A stretch of 64,000 nt of DNA from Candidatus Limnocylindrales bacterium. GTDB taxonomy: Bacteria; Verrucomicrobiota; Verrucomicrobiia; Limisphaerales; UBA11358. Position 1 is the first letter of the stretch, and each line of letters starts with the position of its first letter. Made by a program: the position numbers and the translations under genes. The notes under the pieces were generated by a model, which was given only the letters and a program-made list of their open reading frames with translations, was not told the origin of the DNA and did not search any database. Shown here piece by piece: positions 45,666 to 55,359 of the stretch. The stretch spans positions 10,889 to 74,888 of the forward strand of contig DATNHM010000034.1 of NCBI GenBank assembly GCA_035604955.1, given 5' to 3'.

Positions 45666-47645
45666 TTACTCTCCTGCCACAAACGGCGGCATCGGGCAAT
45701 CCAGGGTATCGGCGATCGCACGGAGCAGTTCGGCTTCCGCTTCCAGAATGACGCCATCGGCACCGATGGTATGGATACAGGCTTCGAGCAGATTTTTCTT
45801 GATCAGCGGCGACGCCTGCATCAGGCGGTTGAGCGCGGCGTCAATCTGGTTCACGCCGCATTGTTCGCCGGGCAGCAGCATCAGATCGGTTGCATCCGGC
45901 GCGCGCAAGTACGGCATGCCTGTTGCAAACGCCTTTTGAATTTCGGCAGCGTCATGGCTGCCGACGTTGGCCAGCGCCGAAAGCAAAACGGCGCAATCCG
46001 GCATGAGCGGTTTGAGGGAGTAATATTGCACCACGGCGCGCGACGCCTGGCCAAATTGCGGCGCGAGGTGGTGCAGAACAATTTTCTGGAGAACGAACCC
46101 GAACCATCCGACCTTGCCGTCGCTTTCGCTGAGCCACTGAAGCGTCTGCGAGAATTGCGTGAACTGGTCGGCGTTCAAGTGCCGCAAAGTGCCCAGGGCA
46201 AGATTGATCATGGGCAGATGCGCGTGCGTGGCGGCCTTGGCCACGTCTGGAAACAGCGCAGCGGTTTTTTGCTGGATCGCCGGGTCCACGCGCTGGGCCA
46301 GCCCGGCCAGTTGCGTCGCGCGCACTGTTTCGTCAGAACTCAGCAGCATGGCGTAAATGAGCGCGACGGCGTCGAGCGGCTCACGCGCGGCGGCCTTGAC
46401 GCCGTCGGGCAAGGAATCGCGTAATTGCTCGGCATAATGCAAATGGAGCGGCGTGGGATTGCCCATATTTGGCAGGACGGAGTGCGGCCGGATGACTGGC
46501 GGTCTTTCGGCGTTGCCGGAGGCGAGGACGGCACTGCCCAGCACGGTGCCAAAAAGATTGGGCATGGGCTGGCGTTTCGGTTTAGCCGTTTCCTCCGGCG
46601 GTTGCGCACGCCCATCGTAACGGACGTATGGAAATTGTCCGTCAAAATTCGGGTCAAAGACGCGGATGCGTTGCACGAGCGGCGGATGCGTTTCGAGCAG
46701 GCCGATGAACGGTTCGGAAACACCATTGCCAAAAAACATGTGTGACAATTCCTCGGCATGGGCATGACTGATCCGGGAACCGGTTTCGCCAAGGCCGCCG
46801 ATTTTTTTCAGCGCGCCGGTGATGCCTCCGGGATTGCGCGTGAATTGGACGGAGGAGGCGTCGGCGAGAAATTCACGTTGGCGGCTGACGGCGGCCTGGA
46901 TGAGTCGTCCAAAGAAAACACCAATGTAACCGATGAGCAATAAAACCAGGCCCAGCAACGGCAACGGATTCTGGCCGCGCCCGCGTCCGCCGCCGCGCGA
47001 CGTTTGCAGCAGCACCCGACCGATGACGGCGAGGCAAAGGATGCCAAAGATGATTCCCATGAGCCGGAGGTTCAGCCGCATGTCACCGTTCAGAATGTGG
47101 CTGAATTCGTGGCCGATGACGCCCTGCAATTCGTCACGCGAAAGCAGTTTCATGCAGCCACGGGTGACGGTAATGGTCGCGTCGCCGGGTTTGTGGCCGG
47201 CAGCAAAGGCATTGATGCCGTCCTCCGCGTCCATGACGTAAACCTGCGGCACGGGCACACCGGAAGCGATGGCCATTTCCTCCACCACATTGAGCAGCTT
47301 GCGCTCGTCCGGATCGGTGGCGTTGGGGCTGAGCGGCCGGCCGCCCATCATCTCCGAAACGGCGCTGCCGCCGGCGGCGAGCGACGAGGTTTTGTAAAGG
47401 CTGCCGATGCCGATAATGGCGAGCGTGGCGATGCTGACACCGAAAAAAATCTGCGGGTTCCAAACCGAAAACTGCGGCTGCTCCTGCCCATAATCATTAC
47501 GGTTTTGATGCGCCTGAACACCGGAAAAGATCAGCAAAACAGCGACATAAATGGCAGCGATCATCGCGACGACAGCCATGGCAAAGTAAACGACGAGCCA
47601 CTTCGTTTTGCGGTGGGCCTTATCCTGTTGCTGAAAAAAATCCAT
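45666..47645 (-). CDS. M48-family (HtpX-like) zinc metallopeptidase with large C-terminal domain
   Basis: The ATG at 47645 gives MDFFQQQDKAHRKTKWLVVYFAMAVVAM. It has TM segments and the HEFSHILNGD zinc motif. The ORF-track start at 47714 reads through the repeat cluster. Confidence 0.8.
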   Translation of the reverse strand: MDFFQQQDKAHRKTKWLVVYFAMAVVAMIAAIYVAVLLIFSGVQAHQNRNDYGQEQPQFSVWNPQIFFGVSIATLAIIGIGSLYKTSSLAAGGSAVSEMMGGRPLSPNATDPDERKLLNVVEEMAIASGVPVPQVYVMDAEDGINAFAAGHKPGDATITVTRGCMKLLSRDELQGVIGHEFSHILNGDMRLNLRLMGIIFGILCLAVIGRVLLQTSRGGGRGRGQNPLPLLGLVLLLIGYIGVFFGRLIQAAVSRQREFLADASSVQFTRNPGGITGALKKIGGLGETGSRISHAHAEELSHMFFGNGVSEPFIGLLETHPPLVQRIRVFDPNFDGQFPYVRYDGRAQPPEETAKPKRQPMPNLFGTVLGSAVLASGNAERPPVIRPHSVLPNMGNPTPLHLHYAEQLRDSLPDGVKAAAREPLDAVALIYAMLLSSDETVRATQLAGLAQRVDPAIQQKTAALFPDVAKAATHAHLPMINLALGTLRHLNADQFTQFSQTLQWLSESDGKVGWFGFVLQKIVLHHLAPQFGQASRAVVQYYSLKPLMPDCAVLLSALANVGSHDAAEIQKAFATGMPYLRAPDATDLMLLPGEQCGVNQIDAALNRLMQASPLIKKNLLEACIHTIGADGVILEAEAELLRAIADTLDCPMPPFVAGE

Positions 47646-47648
47646 AGC

Positions 47649-47745
47649 ATTTATGATTTGCGATTTACGACTTATGATTGGCGCCCATTTGCGTCGGGCG
47701 GGCGGACGCCTCAATCATTAATCATAAATCATCAATCATAAATCC
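47649..47745. repeat. large imperfect palindrome of ATTTATGATT/AATCATAAAT words between lemA and the M48 peptidase gene
   Basis: atttatgatttgcgatttacgacttatgatt (47649-47679) faces aatcattaatcataaatcatcaatcataaat (47713-47743). They flank GGCG...CGCC. Confidence 0.55.
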
Positions 47746-47747
47746 GC

Positions 47748-48377
47748 TCAAAACTGCACCTTCGGAGCGTCCTTTTGCTCCGGTTTGTCGATGACGAACA
47801 GTTCCGCCGGGGCGAAGTTGAACATGCCGGCGATGAGATTGCTGGGGAAAACCTCGCGGTCGGTATTATAGGTCATCACCGAGTCGTTGTACGCCTGCCG
47901 GGCGAAGGAGATTTTATTTTCCGTCGAGGTCAATTCCTCGCTGAGTTGCATCATGTTCTGGTTGGCCTTCAAATCCGGATATGATTCGGAAACCATCATC
48001 AGGCGGCTGAGGGTGCCGGCGAGGCCGCTTTCGGCGGAAATAAGATTTTTCATGGTGCTGGCGTCGCCGGGATTGGCGGCGGCGGCCTGTGACGCGGCAT
48101 AGGCGATATTGCGCGCCTTGGTGACGTTTTCCAGCGTCTCGCGTTCGTGCTTGATGTAGCCCTTGGCCGTTTCGACCAGATTGGGAATCAAGTCGTAGCG
48201 GCGCTTGAGCTGTACGTCAATCTGCGCATAGGCGTCTTTGTAGCGATTGCGCAAGGTGACGAGTTTATTGTAGCCGCCGATGACAAAGCCGACGAGGCCG
48301 AGCAACACCAACAGCACGATAACGACAAAAATCAATCCCATAGCCATATTTTTCCTTTGTTCAGGTTGCTTAACCAT
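47748..48377 (-). CDS. lemA: LemA family protein
   Basis: It has an N-terminal TM segment plus GGYNKLVTLRNRYKDAYAQIDVQLKRRYDLIPNLVE and ARQAYNDSVMTYNT. Confidence 0.88.
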   Translation of the reverse strand: MVKQPEQRKNMAMGLIFVVIVLLVLLGLVGFVIGGYNKLVTLRNRYKDAYAQIDVQLKRRYDLIPNLVETAKGYIKHERETLENVTKARNIAYAASQAAAANPGDASTMKNLISAESGLAGTLSRLMMVSESYPDLKANQNMMQLSEELTSTENKISFARQAYNDSVMTYNTDREVFPSNLIAGMFNFAPAELFVIDKPEQKDAPKVQF

Positions 48378-48520
48378 TAGGTCAAAGCGTATCTCCCGGC
48401 AATAATAATTTGGACGGCATTTTGGAATCGCCAGAAGGCTTCAGTTCCGGCGGTCAGAACCGGCATTGTCCACCCACCGGCCGTTTTACCGGACGCAGGC
48501 GTGGGAGGAATTTTGCGCGG

Positions 48521-50485
48521 TCAACGGTTGCCCTGCGCTTTGGCTTTGTCCAAATCTGCCTGGGACATTGCGGGCAAATAAACCTGAAACGTGGAACCTT
48601 TCCCGGATTCGCTTTCCACCAGGATGAAGCCGCCGTGGCTCTTGACGATGGATAGTGTGGTGGACAACCCCAAGCCAGTGCCTTTGCCCAGTTCCTTGGT
48701 GGTGAAAAACGGTTCAAAAATCCGGTCACGAATGTCTTGCGGAATTCCGTGGCCGGTGTCGATTACTTCAAACAGCACATAAGCCACGGGTTTGGCTTCC
48801 GGGTTGAGACTGACGAAATGGGAGTCGGCGGTAAAATTGCGCACCTTCAACTTCAGGTTGCCGCCCTGGGGCATGGCGTCGCGCGCGTTGACGCAAAGAT
48901 TGAGCAGGACCTGGTGCAACTGCGTCATGTCGCCGGAAACAAAGGAGACATCCGGAGCCACGTCGGTTTCAACCTGAATGGATTTGCTGAAAGTTTCGGT
49001 TGTGATGCGGATAACGTCTTTGATGAGCAGTTGAGGGTTGACCGGCATCCGCTGACCTTCCAGACCACGGCCAAATCCCAGGACCTGTCTGACAATGTCC
49101 GCGCCGCGCTTGGCACTGGCTTCCAGCCGGGTCAACATTGCCAGGCCTTCATCGTCCTGAACCTTTTGCCGCAACAAGGCGGTGGAAATCAAAATGGGCG
49201 CCAGGATGTTGTTCAGGTCGTGAGCGATGCCGGTGGCCAGACGGCCAATACTTTCCATCCGCTGGGCGCGCAGGAATTGTTCTTCCAGATGCTTTTTATC
49301 GGTGATGTCGCGGCCAATGCCGACGAGACCGATGATATGGCCATGGGCATCGCGCCAGGGAACTTTCGTGGTGAGCAGCCAGCGGACTTCGCCGTCGGGC
49401 CGGATGACTTTCTCTTCACGGTTGATGACCGGCTCCCCCGTTTTCAGCACGACTTGGTCATCGGCAAAAAATGCGTCGGCGATGATCTTGGGAAACAGGT
49501 CAAAATCGGTTTTGCCGATGGCCTCGGCTTCCGTCTGGCAACCCAGGTTTTTCAAGTCGCCCGCATTGGCCATGATTTTGCGTGCGGCGGCGTCTTTGGC
49601 GTAAATGGCATCGGGAAGGTTGTCAATCACCGTGCGCAACAGATTGCGTTCAGCCGTCAGCTTGAGTTCCGCTTCCTTTTGGCGGGTGATATTGCGGCCG
49701 CCACCGATGAGTCCGATAATGTTTCCCGCGGCGTCGCGCCACGGGACCTTGGTGGTGAGCATCCAATAAACCTTGCCGGTGGCGGTCACCAGCCGCTCTT
49801 CATGCTCAATGAGCGATTCGCCCCGCAGCACTTTCTGATCTTCCTCAAACAGTTTGGCGGCGACCTCCGGCGCAAACAGTTCAAAATCGGTTTTGCCCAG
49901 GACCTCAGCTTCGCTGTTGAATCCTGTGTTTCGGACGTTGGCCTTGTTCGCCAGCGTCTTGCGCGCCTGAAGATCCTTCAAGTAAACGGAGTCCGGGTAA
50001 TTGTCAATCAGCGCGCGGAGCAGATTCCGCTCCGCTGCCAGTTTGGTCTCCATCTCCCTTTGTTTGGAGATGTCTGACAGTACGCCGACCATGCGCACGG
50101 GCTTGCCTTCGGCGTTGTGGACCACATAGCCGCGATCCAACACTTCCGCATACAAACCGTTTTGGCACAAAAAGCAGTATTCCTCACGCCAGAATTCCTT
50201 GCCGCTGCGGATCACCCCTTGAATGCTTTCCTCCACGCGGACCCGATCTTCCGGGTGAATGCGATTGATCCAAAAATTGACATCCGAGACCTGCTCGTTC
50301 GACGGATATCCAAAAGTTTCGCTCGCGCCTTCGCTGCGCCACGCCGCGTTGGTTTCCAGATCCCAGTCCCAAAAGACGTCATTGGTGGCGCGGGCAATTA
50401 ATTTAAAGCGTTCGTCATCCGGTTGCGAGGCTCCCGGATTCTCTTGTCGAAGGGCCTGTTTTGGGGAAGATTTTTGCATCATCAT
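48521..50485 (-). CDS. multi-PAS sensor histidine kinase (cytoplasmic)
   Basis: It has three or four PAS-like modules (WDWDLETN..., RWLLTTKVPWRDA...). The H-box is GIAHDLNNIL, and HATPase motifs are LNLCVNARDAM, DTGHGI and GTGLGLS. Confidence 0.88.
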   Translation of the reverse strand: MMMQKSSPKQALRQENPGASQPDDERFKLIARATNDVFWDWDLETNAAWRSEGASETFGYPSNEQVSDVNFWINRIHPEDRVRVEESIQGVIRSGKEFWREEYCFLCQNGLYAEVLDRGYVVHNAEGKPVRMVGVLSDISKQREMETKLAAERNLLRALIDNYPDSVYLKDLQARKTLANKANVRNTGFNSEAEVLGKTDFELFAPEVAAKLFEEDQKVLRGESLIEHEERLVTATGKVYWMLTTKVPWRDAAGNIIGLIGGGRNITRQKEAELKLTAERNLLRTVIDNLPDAIYAKDAAARKIMANAGDLKNLGCQTEAEAIGKTDFDLFPKIIADAFFADDQVVLKTGEPVINREEKVIRPDGEVRWLLTTKVPWRDAHGHIIGLVGIGRDITDKKHLEEQFLRAQRMESIGRLATGIAHDLNNILAPILISTALLRQKVQDDEGLAMLTRLEASAKRGADIVRQVLGFGRGLEGQRMPVNPQLLIKDVIRITTETFSKSIQVETDVAPDVSFVSGDMTQLHQVLLNLCVNARDAMPQGGNLKLKVRNFTADSHFVSLNPEAKPVAYVLFEVIDTGHGIPQDIRDRIFEPFFTTKELGKGTGLGLSTTLSIVKSHGGFILVESESGKGSTFQVYLPAMSQADLDKAKAQGNR

Positions 50486-50641
50486 TCCAGCCCGTGGTAA
50501 TATTCCATTGCGCAGCGGTTCAAGATTCGATCCATGTTTGCCTGCCGTTTAATCAAGAGCCTTCCGAGGACACATACCATCGTCTGATCTGGCCACAGAT
50601 TTTTATGCCAGGCACCAGCCCGGCGCAAGTTCAATTCCCTT

Positions 50642-51736
50642 TCATGGCTCCACCAGCACCGGCATGCCCGTCCACGCCAGTTGCATCAGGTATTCCGCGT
50701 CCCAGTTCGCCAGCCGGAAACAGCCGTGCGATTCAGTGCGGCCAACCTGCTCCGGACTGGGTGTGCCATGAATGCCGTAACCGGTTTTGTCCAATCCAAT
50801 CCACGCCACCCCAACGGGGTTGTTCGGCCCGGGCGGTAGAATCAGCTTGTGGCCGACCGCCTGCAATTCCGGGGATTCGGGAAAAAGCTCCGGATCCACG
50901 GTGTAATTTGGATTCGGTGCAATGACAACAACATGCAACTCGCCCACCGGCCGCTTCTCGACACGCGCCGCAATGCTGCACGGAAAATGCGCGAGCAGGT
51001 TCGTTTCCAGGCCGAACGCCTCCAGATATTTTCCGTCAAGATGGATCACTACAAACGCCGCCTTGTCCGTCACCACGGGATAATTCACATCGGGGATCTT
51101 CAAAACCGTGCCCGGGGCGACGTTTGTCCAATTTACTCCGGGGTTAAGTCGCTGAATCAATTTGGGGTTCGAATGGCTTTGCTCGGCCACCAGCTCGAGT
51201 TCCGTTTCGTATTCCAGTGCCGTCTGTTGTGATTTGGCCAGCCACGTATTGCCGAGCGGTTGGAGGCGCGCCAGGTCATTGGTCGTCACGGTGCAGGTTG
51301 TCAACACCGGCGCGTCGAGCGTGAGCCGGGTGTACGTGTTGGTGTCCAGCCGGCCGGTCGCAGGCAGATTTTGCGTTTGTTGGAAGACCGCGATCGCCTC
51401 ACGGGTCTGGGAACCGAGCGCACCGTCAATGGAGCCGGGGGAAATCGCCCGGCGCGCCAGCGCGATTTGCGCCTCCAGCACGTCATGGACTGGTCGCGGG
51501 AAATCGCCCGGCGACTGCCGCGTCAGCACCAGCGGTTGCACCCGCCGCTGGACGGCGGTTGGGGGCCGGGCAATCTTCCTGGGATGTTCATGCCGCCACC
51601 AAAACCAGGCCAGCAAGGCAAACCCGACCAGCACGAGCAACCACACCCAGCCGCCGCGTTTTTTACGCCGGACAGGGTTTGAATGGTGTCGGGTGCCGCG
51701 AGACACGCCGGGATTAAGCCACAAGCCAGGCGCCAA
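50642..51736 (-). CDS. L,D-transpeptidase (YkuD) with PG-binding domain
   Basis: The PG_binding_1-like segment is GSQTREAIAVFQQTQNLPATGRLD. The catalytic motif is HGTPSPEQVGRTESHGCFRL, and there is an N-terminal TM anchor. There is no in-frame ATG, so the start is TTG 51736 or GTG 51706. Confidence 0.8.
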   Translation of the reverse strand: MAPGLWLNPGVSRGTRHHSNPVRRKKRGGWVWLLVLVGFALLAWFWWRHEHPRKIARPPTAVQRRVQPLVLTRQSPGDFPRPVHDVLEAQIALARRAISPGSIDGALGSQTREAIAVFQQTQNLPATGRLDTNTYTRLTLDAPVLTTCTVTTNDLARLQPLGNTWLAKSQQTALEYETELELVAEQSHSNPKLIQRLNPGVNWTNVAPGTVLKIPDVNYPVVTDKAAFVVIHLDGKYLEAFGLETNLLAHFPCSIAARVEKRPVGELHVVVIAPNPNYTVDPELFPESPELQAVGHKLILPPGPNNPVGVAWIGLDKTGYGIHGTPSPEQVGRTESHGCFRLANWDAEYLMQLAWTGMPVLVEP

Positions 51737-51766
51737 CCCAAGGTCGAACTGGAAACGAAAGGCGGA

Positions 51767-52498
51767 TTATTTCCATTCCGCCGAAGTGGCCGTCCTGCCA
51801 TCCGGATTTAAAACTGCTTCGCCAATCAGTTTGGCGGCGGCATGATAGTCCATCTGGCCGGTATTGATAATCAGGTGGTAAAGCAGCGGGTCGTCAATGT
51901 CGGCGTTAAAATACTTTTTCAGATAGCGGGCGCGGCCATGATCTTCCCGGAGGCAGAATTTTTGCGCTTCGGCTTTGGTCATGTGGTAGTATTGGTGGGC
52001 GTGCTCAACGCGTTTTTCGAAAGGAGCCACCAGCCGCACGTGCAGTACGTCCGGCAATCGGGCCGTGACCACGTTGCCGCCACGGCCAATCAAAATCACT
52101 CTGCCCATCGCCGCCAGCCCGAGCAGGGTCTCGGCGGTTTGATGCACGATGGTATGCAACGGTGGATGCACCTCAAACATTTCGTCCAAAAAATCCTCAA
52201 GCTGCGAAACACGATCCTCGGGCAAAAATTTGGCAAGGCAGGGTGGCAAATTGTGATCTTCAAGGACCTTGTCGATCAGGTTGCGGTCAAAGATTGTCCA
52301 GGGAGCGGGGTTTCGGGAATGTTCCTGCAAATAATGCGCCAGCTTCCCGGCCACCACCAAGGCTCCACACCCGGTTTGGCGGGAAATGGTTACTGCCCGG
52401 CAAATACCGCTTTTGGTGAGTGTCCTGGAATCATCGGCCGATTGCAACTGGCTGCTGATGAATGACGCACACGGATCAACACCACGGGTTTCAATCAT
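51767..52498 (-). CDS. cytidylate kinase-like family protein
   Basis: VTISRQTGCGALVVAGKLAHYL is the P-loop-like start typical of the family. The ATG at 52498 is preceded by AGGAGG. A TTG at 52660 would add 54 aa. Confidence 0.6.
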   Translation of the reverse strand: MIETRGVDPCASFISSQLQSADDSRTLTKSGICRAVTISRQTGCGALVVAGKLAHYLQEHSRNPAPWTIFDRNLIDKVLEDHNLPPCLAKFLPEDRVSQLEDFLDEMFEVHPPLHTIVHQTAETLLGLAAMGRVILIGRGGNVVTARLPDVLHVRLVAPFEKRVEHAHQYYHMTKAEAQKFCLREDHGRARYLKKYFNADIDDPLLYHLIINTGQMDYHAAAKLIGEAVLNPDGRTATSAEWK

Positions 52499-52813
52499 AA
52501 CGGCCTCCTGATTTTGGGGATGGGTATGCAGGATGGGGAACTTCCCTGCCTTTCTGTCCTCGCAAAGCTTTTGGTGTCCGTTGGATTTGCGTTTCGACCA
52601 TAATTGCCTCAACGGTTTCAAGCCGACGATGCATTTTTGATTCAGCTTCGCCGTTTCCAACTCAACCTACTCCTCCCATACTGCGGATTTCAAGGGCACC
52701 CAGGCGATTTGATGGTGACTAATGTAAATTATAAAATCGGCAAACGACAGTTAACCATGCCGCACCTCTTCAAATCAGGTAAATAAAGCGGCGGCCCGGC
52801 CGGAATGGGAGAC

Positions 52814-53647
52814 TTAGGCTTTGGCAAGCAGTTCGCGATACGCGTTGAAAACTTGATCCACCAGGGGTGATGAGGCAACGGGCTCGCCGTCGAAGGTTGC
52901 CACGGGTACGATGCCGAACGCACTTTGGGTGATGAAGATGCCTTCAGAGTTTTTCAACGCCCCGGGTTTGACGACGCGCTTGTTGGTCAGCAGGCCCAGT
53001 GCCTGGCAGATTTCCAGCACGACCGCGCGCGTGATGCCCGGCAGCACGCCGCGGCCCGTCGGGGTCGTGCAAATCTTGTCATGGTAAACCCAGAAGACGT
53101 TGCCGCTCGCGGTCTCCGCCACCTCGCCGTTGGAGTTGATCAGCAACGCCTCGTCCGCACCCTTCCCGGCGGCCTCGACGCGCGCCATGACGTGCGTGAG
53201 TTTGTTCAGGGTTTTAAATGACGACAGCGGATCGGCGGCGAGCACCCGAAACGATGACGTAATCAAACTCCACTGAACCGGTGTTTTTGAATGCGGCGCG
53301 GCGTGCAACGTCATGACGATAGTCGGTTTGCCATCCGTTTCAGGCGTGTATCCGCGTTCACCTGGCCCGCGTGTCAGCGTCACGCGCAGGATGGCCTCCG
53401 ACAGCTGGTTTTGTTCGATGAGTTGTTCCGCAAATTCCTGCAATTCCTTCGGCGCAATCGGCAGTTTGATTTTCAAAAAATCCGCACCGCGTGTCATGCG
53501 TTCCAGGTGCTGGGCCAGGCGAAACGGCCGGCCGTTCACGACCCGGACGGTTTCGAAGAGCCCATCACCGTACATGAAACCGCGATCGTTGACCGGAATG
53601 ACAGCCTGGGTTTCGGGTACAAACCGGCCGTTGAGAAAAATGGTCAT
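52814..53647 (-). CDS. pabC: class IV aminotransferase fold, probable aminodeoxychorismate lyase
   Basis: It contains DRGFMYGDGLFETVRV and the class IV pattern. The gene lies directly downstream of pabB. Confidence 0.7.
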   Translation of the reverse strand: MTIFLNGRFVPETQAVIPVNDRGFMYGDGLFETVRVVNGRPFRLAQHLERMTRGADFLKIKLPIAPKELQEFAEQLIEQNQLSEAILRVTLTRGPGERGYTPETDGKPTIVMTLHAAPHSKTPVQWSLITSSFRVLAADPLSSFKTLNKLTHVMARVEAAGKGADEALLINSNGEVAETASGNVFWVYHDKICTTPTGRGVLPGITRAVVLEICQALGLLTNKRVVKPGALKNSEGIFITQSAFGIVPVATFDGEPVASSPLVDQVFNAYRELLAKA

Positions 53648-53728
53648 GCGTTCCTAATGCCCTCCAATTATCCAAAATGCCGTGATTCCGCGAGCAGAAA
53701 AAATTTGCCCACCGGGTTTCGCTAATTT

Positions 53729-55240
53729 TCAGGAATTAATTTCGCGTTCTCCGGCGTGGACAACGAGCGAAGCCGGAACTTTCATTTGCAAAGCCGCCAG
53801 AAAGCCGGCGGCTTTGGCCAGCGTTTCTTCGTATTCCGCTTGAGGGCTGGAATCGGCCACAATACCGGCGCCCACGTTGAAATGCGCGAAGCCATCTTTG
53901 CAAACCGCCGTGCGGATGGTAATGCTCAACTGGCTTTCGCGGTTGAAACCCAAGTAGCCGTGGCAACCGCAGTAAGGCCCGCGCGCAATCGGTTCCAGCT
54001 CGTCAATGATTTCCATGGCGCGAAATTTCGGCGCGCCGGTGATGCTGCCGCCGGGAAAACACGAAGCCAGCGCGGCGAAATGCGTCACGTCATGCCGCAA
54101 TCGGCCTTCGACCGTGGAGACCAGATGTTGCACCTGGGCGAATTTTTCGAGTTTGGCCAGCTCGGGCACTTGAATTGAGCCGAATTCGCAAACCTTGCCG
54201 AGATCGTTGCGCAACAAATCGGTGATCATGATCAACTCGGCGAGTTCCTTGGCGCTGGTCTGGAGTTCGTAGGCAAGTTGCGCGTCGCGGGTCGAGTCGG
54301 GGTCGCGCGGGCGCGTGCCCTTGATCGGCTTCGTCTGAATATGCGAACCGCTCAGGCGTAAAAACAATTCCGGTGACGACGACGCGATTTGAAAGCGGCA
54401 GTGCCGCCTCCCATCATCACAATCGAGAAACGCAGAAAACGGCGCAGGTGAAACGGAATTCAATCGCTCGAATAATTCCCAACCGGACAAATCGCATGGG
54501 ACCGTAAGCCGTTGCGAGAGGTTGACCTGATAAATGTCGCCGGCACGGATGTAACGCTGGGCGCGTTCGACGGTAGCGATGAACTCCGCGCGAGATATAT
54601 TGGAAGTGACGAAACCCGCACCCCGGCCCTCGCCCATCGGATGGGAGAGGGTCGTCCCGTCAGGGCGGGACCGGGTGAGGGCTCGTTTCCAAAATTCCAC
54701 CTGTTCCCGCGCCCGTTTTTCGCTGCGCGAACCGTCGGCGTTGAGACCGGTGGATATGATGCACACCTTGCCGAGCTGGTGGTCGAAAACTACCAGGCTG
54801 TCATAGAAACCAACGTGGCCATCGGGCAATTCCAGGTCGTTGGCGGCGCGGCGCGGGAGTTTCGGCTCAGTAAAATTTTTCAAATCGTAACCCCAGTAAC
54901 CGAAACAGCCGCCCAGCGGAAACGGCAGGTCAACCTCGTCCAACAGCTCAAACCGCGCCATCAGTGCATCCAACACCTGCCAAGGGTTGCCAAACTGGAC
55001 GTAGCCGCCGTTGTCAAACGGCGGAACTGTCCGCGAATTCACATTCGCGGCCACAATTTCACAGCGCGAGCCGGTCGAGCGGAAGGTGAAAAATGGATTC
55101 GCCGCAACCAACGAATAGCGTGCGGATGGCAAATCAAACGCCGCCGTGCGCAGCAGGACAATCCCCGCGGCGCCGTGCAGAGTTTCGACCAGCGATTCCG
55201 GCGTGTGGGCCGTGGCGATTTCCAGAATCAGCGGGCGCAT
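53729..55240 (-). CDS. pabB: aminodeoxychorismate synthase component I (chorismate-binding enzyme)
   Basis: The C-terminal chorismate-binding domain carries SSPELFLR, GTRPR, ITGAPK, GPYCGCHGYLG and IRT. ATG at 55240. A repeat insertion lies at 54617-54684. Anthranilate synthase TrpE cannot be excluded without a search. Confidence 0.8.
   Translation of the reverse strand: MRPLILEIATAHTPESLVETLHGAAGIVLLRTAAFDLPSARYSLVAANPFFTFRSTGSRCEIVAANVNSRTVPPFDNGGYVQFGNPWQVLDALMARFELLDEVDLPFPLGGCFGYWGYDLKNFTEPKLPRRAANDLELPDGHVGFYDSLVVFDHQLGKVCIISTGLNADGSRSEKRAREQVEFWKRALTRSRPDGTTLSHPMGEGRGAGFVTSNISRAEFIATVERAQRYIRAGDIYQVNLSQRLTVPCDLSGWELFERLNSVSPAPFSAFLDCDDGRRHCRFQIASSSPELFLRLSGSHIQTKPIKGTRPRDPDSTRDAQLAYELQTSAKELAELIMITDLLRNDLGKVCEFGSIQVPELAKLEKFAQVQHLVSTVEGRLRHDVTHFAALASCFPGGSITGAPKFRAMEIIDELEPIARGPYCGCHGYLGFNRESQLSITIRTAVCKDGFAHFNVGAGIVADSSPQAEYEETLAKAAGFLAALQMKVPASLVVHAGEREINS
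54617..54684. repeat. family A variant palindromic element inserted in frame in pabB
   Basis: CACCCCGG CCCTCGCCCATC g GATGGGAGAGGG tc GTCCCG tcaggg CGGGAC CGGGTGAGGGC is translated (minus strand) as ALTRSRPDGTTLSHPMGEGRGAG. Confidence 0.6.
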
Positions 55241-55250
55241 TGTCCAAAAG

Positions 55251-55344
55251 GATGATTGGACGATTGGACCGATGGATAAATGGACGAATGGACGCCGGCG
55301 CGGTCCCGCTTCTCCACCAATCCATAAATCCATAAATCCATAAA
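55251..55344. repeat. two 8-nt-period tandem arrays upstream of pabB
   Basis: gatgattg gacgattg gaccgatg gataaatg gacgaatg gacg (55251-55294) and tccataaa x3 (55321-55344). Confidence 0.6.
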
Positions 55345-55359
55345 TCCGGGCTCCGGAGG

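Noticed and set aside
50560-50600. Hairpin GCCAGGC-acca-GCCCGGC after the L,D-transpeptidase gene, considered as an intrinsic terminator.
   Set aside because: On the coding (minus) strand it is followed by an A-rich rather than a U-rich tract. The T-run lies on the wrong side for this transcript.
55251-55344. Tandem repeats (here and at 38406, 42586) considered as a possible CRISPR array.
   Set aside because: The units are 7-8 nt with no spacers, and there are no cas genes, so they are not CRISPR-like.
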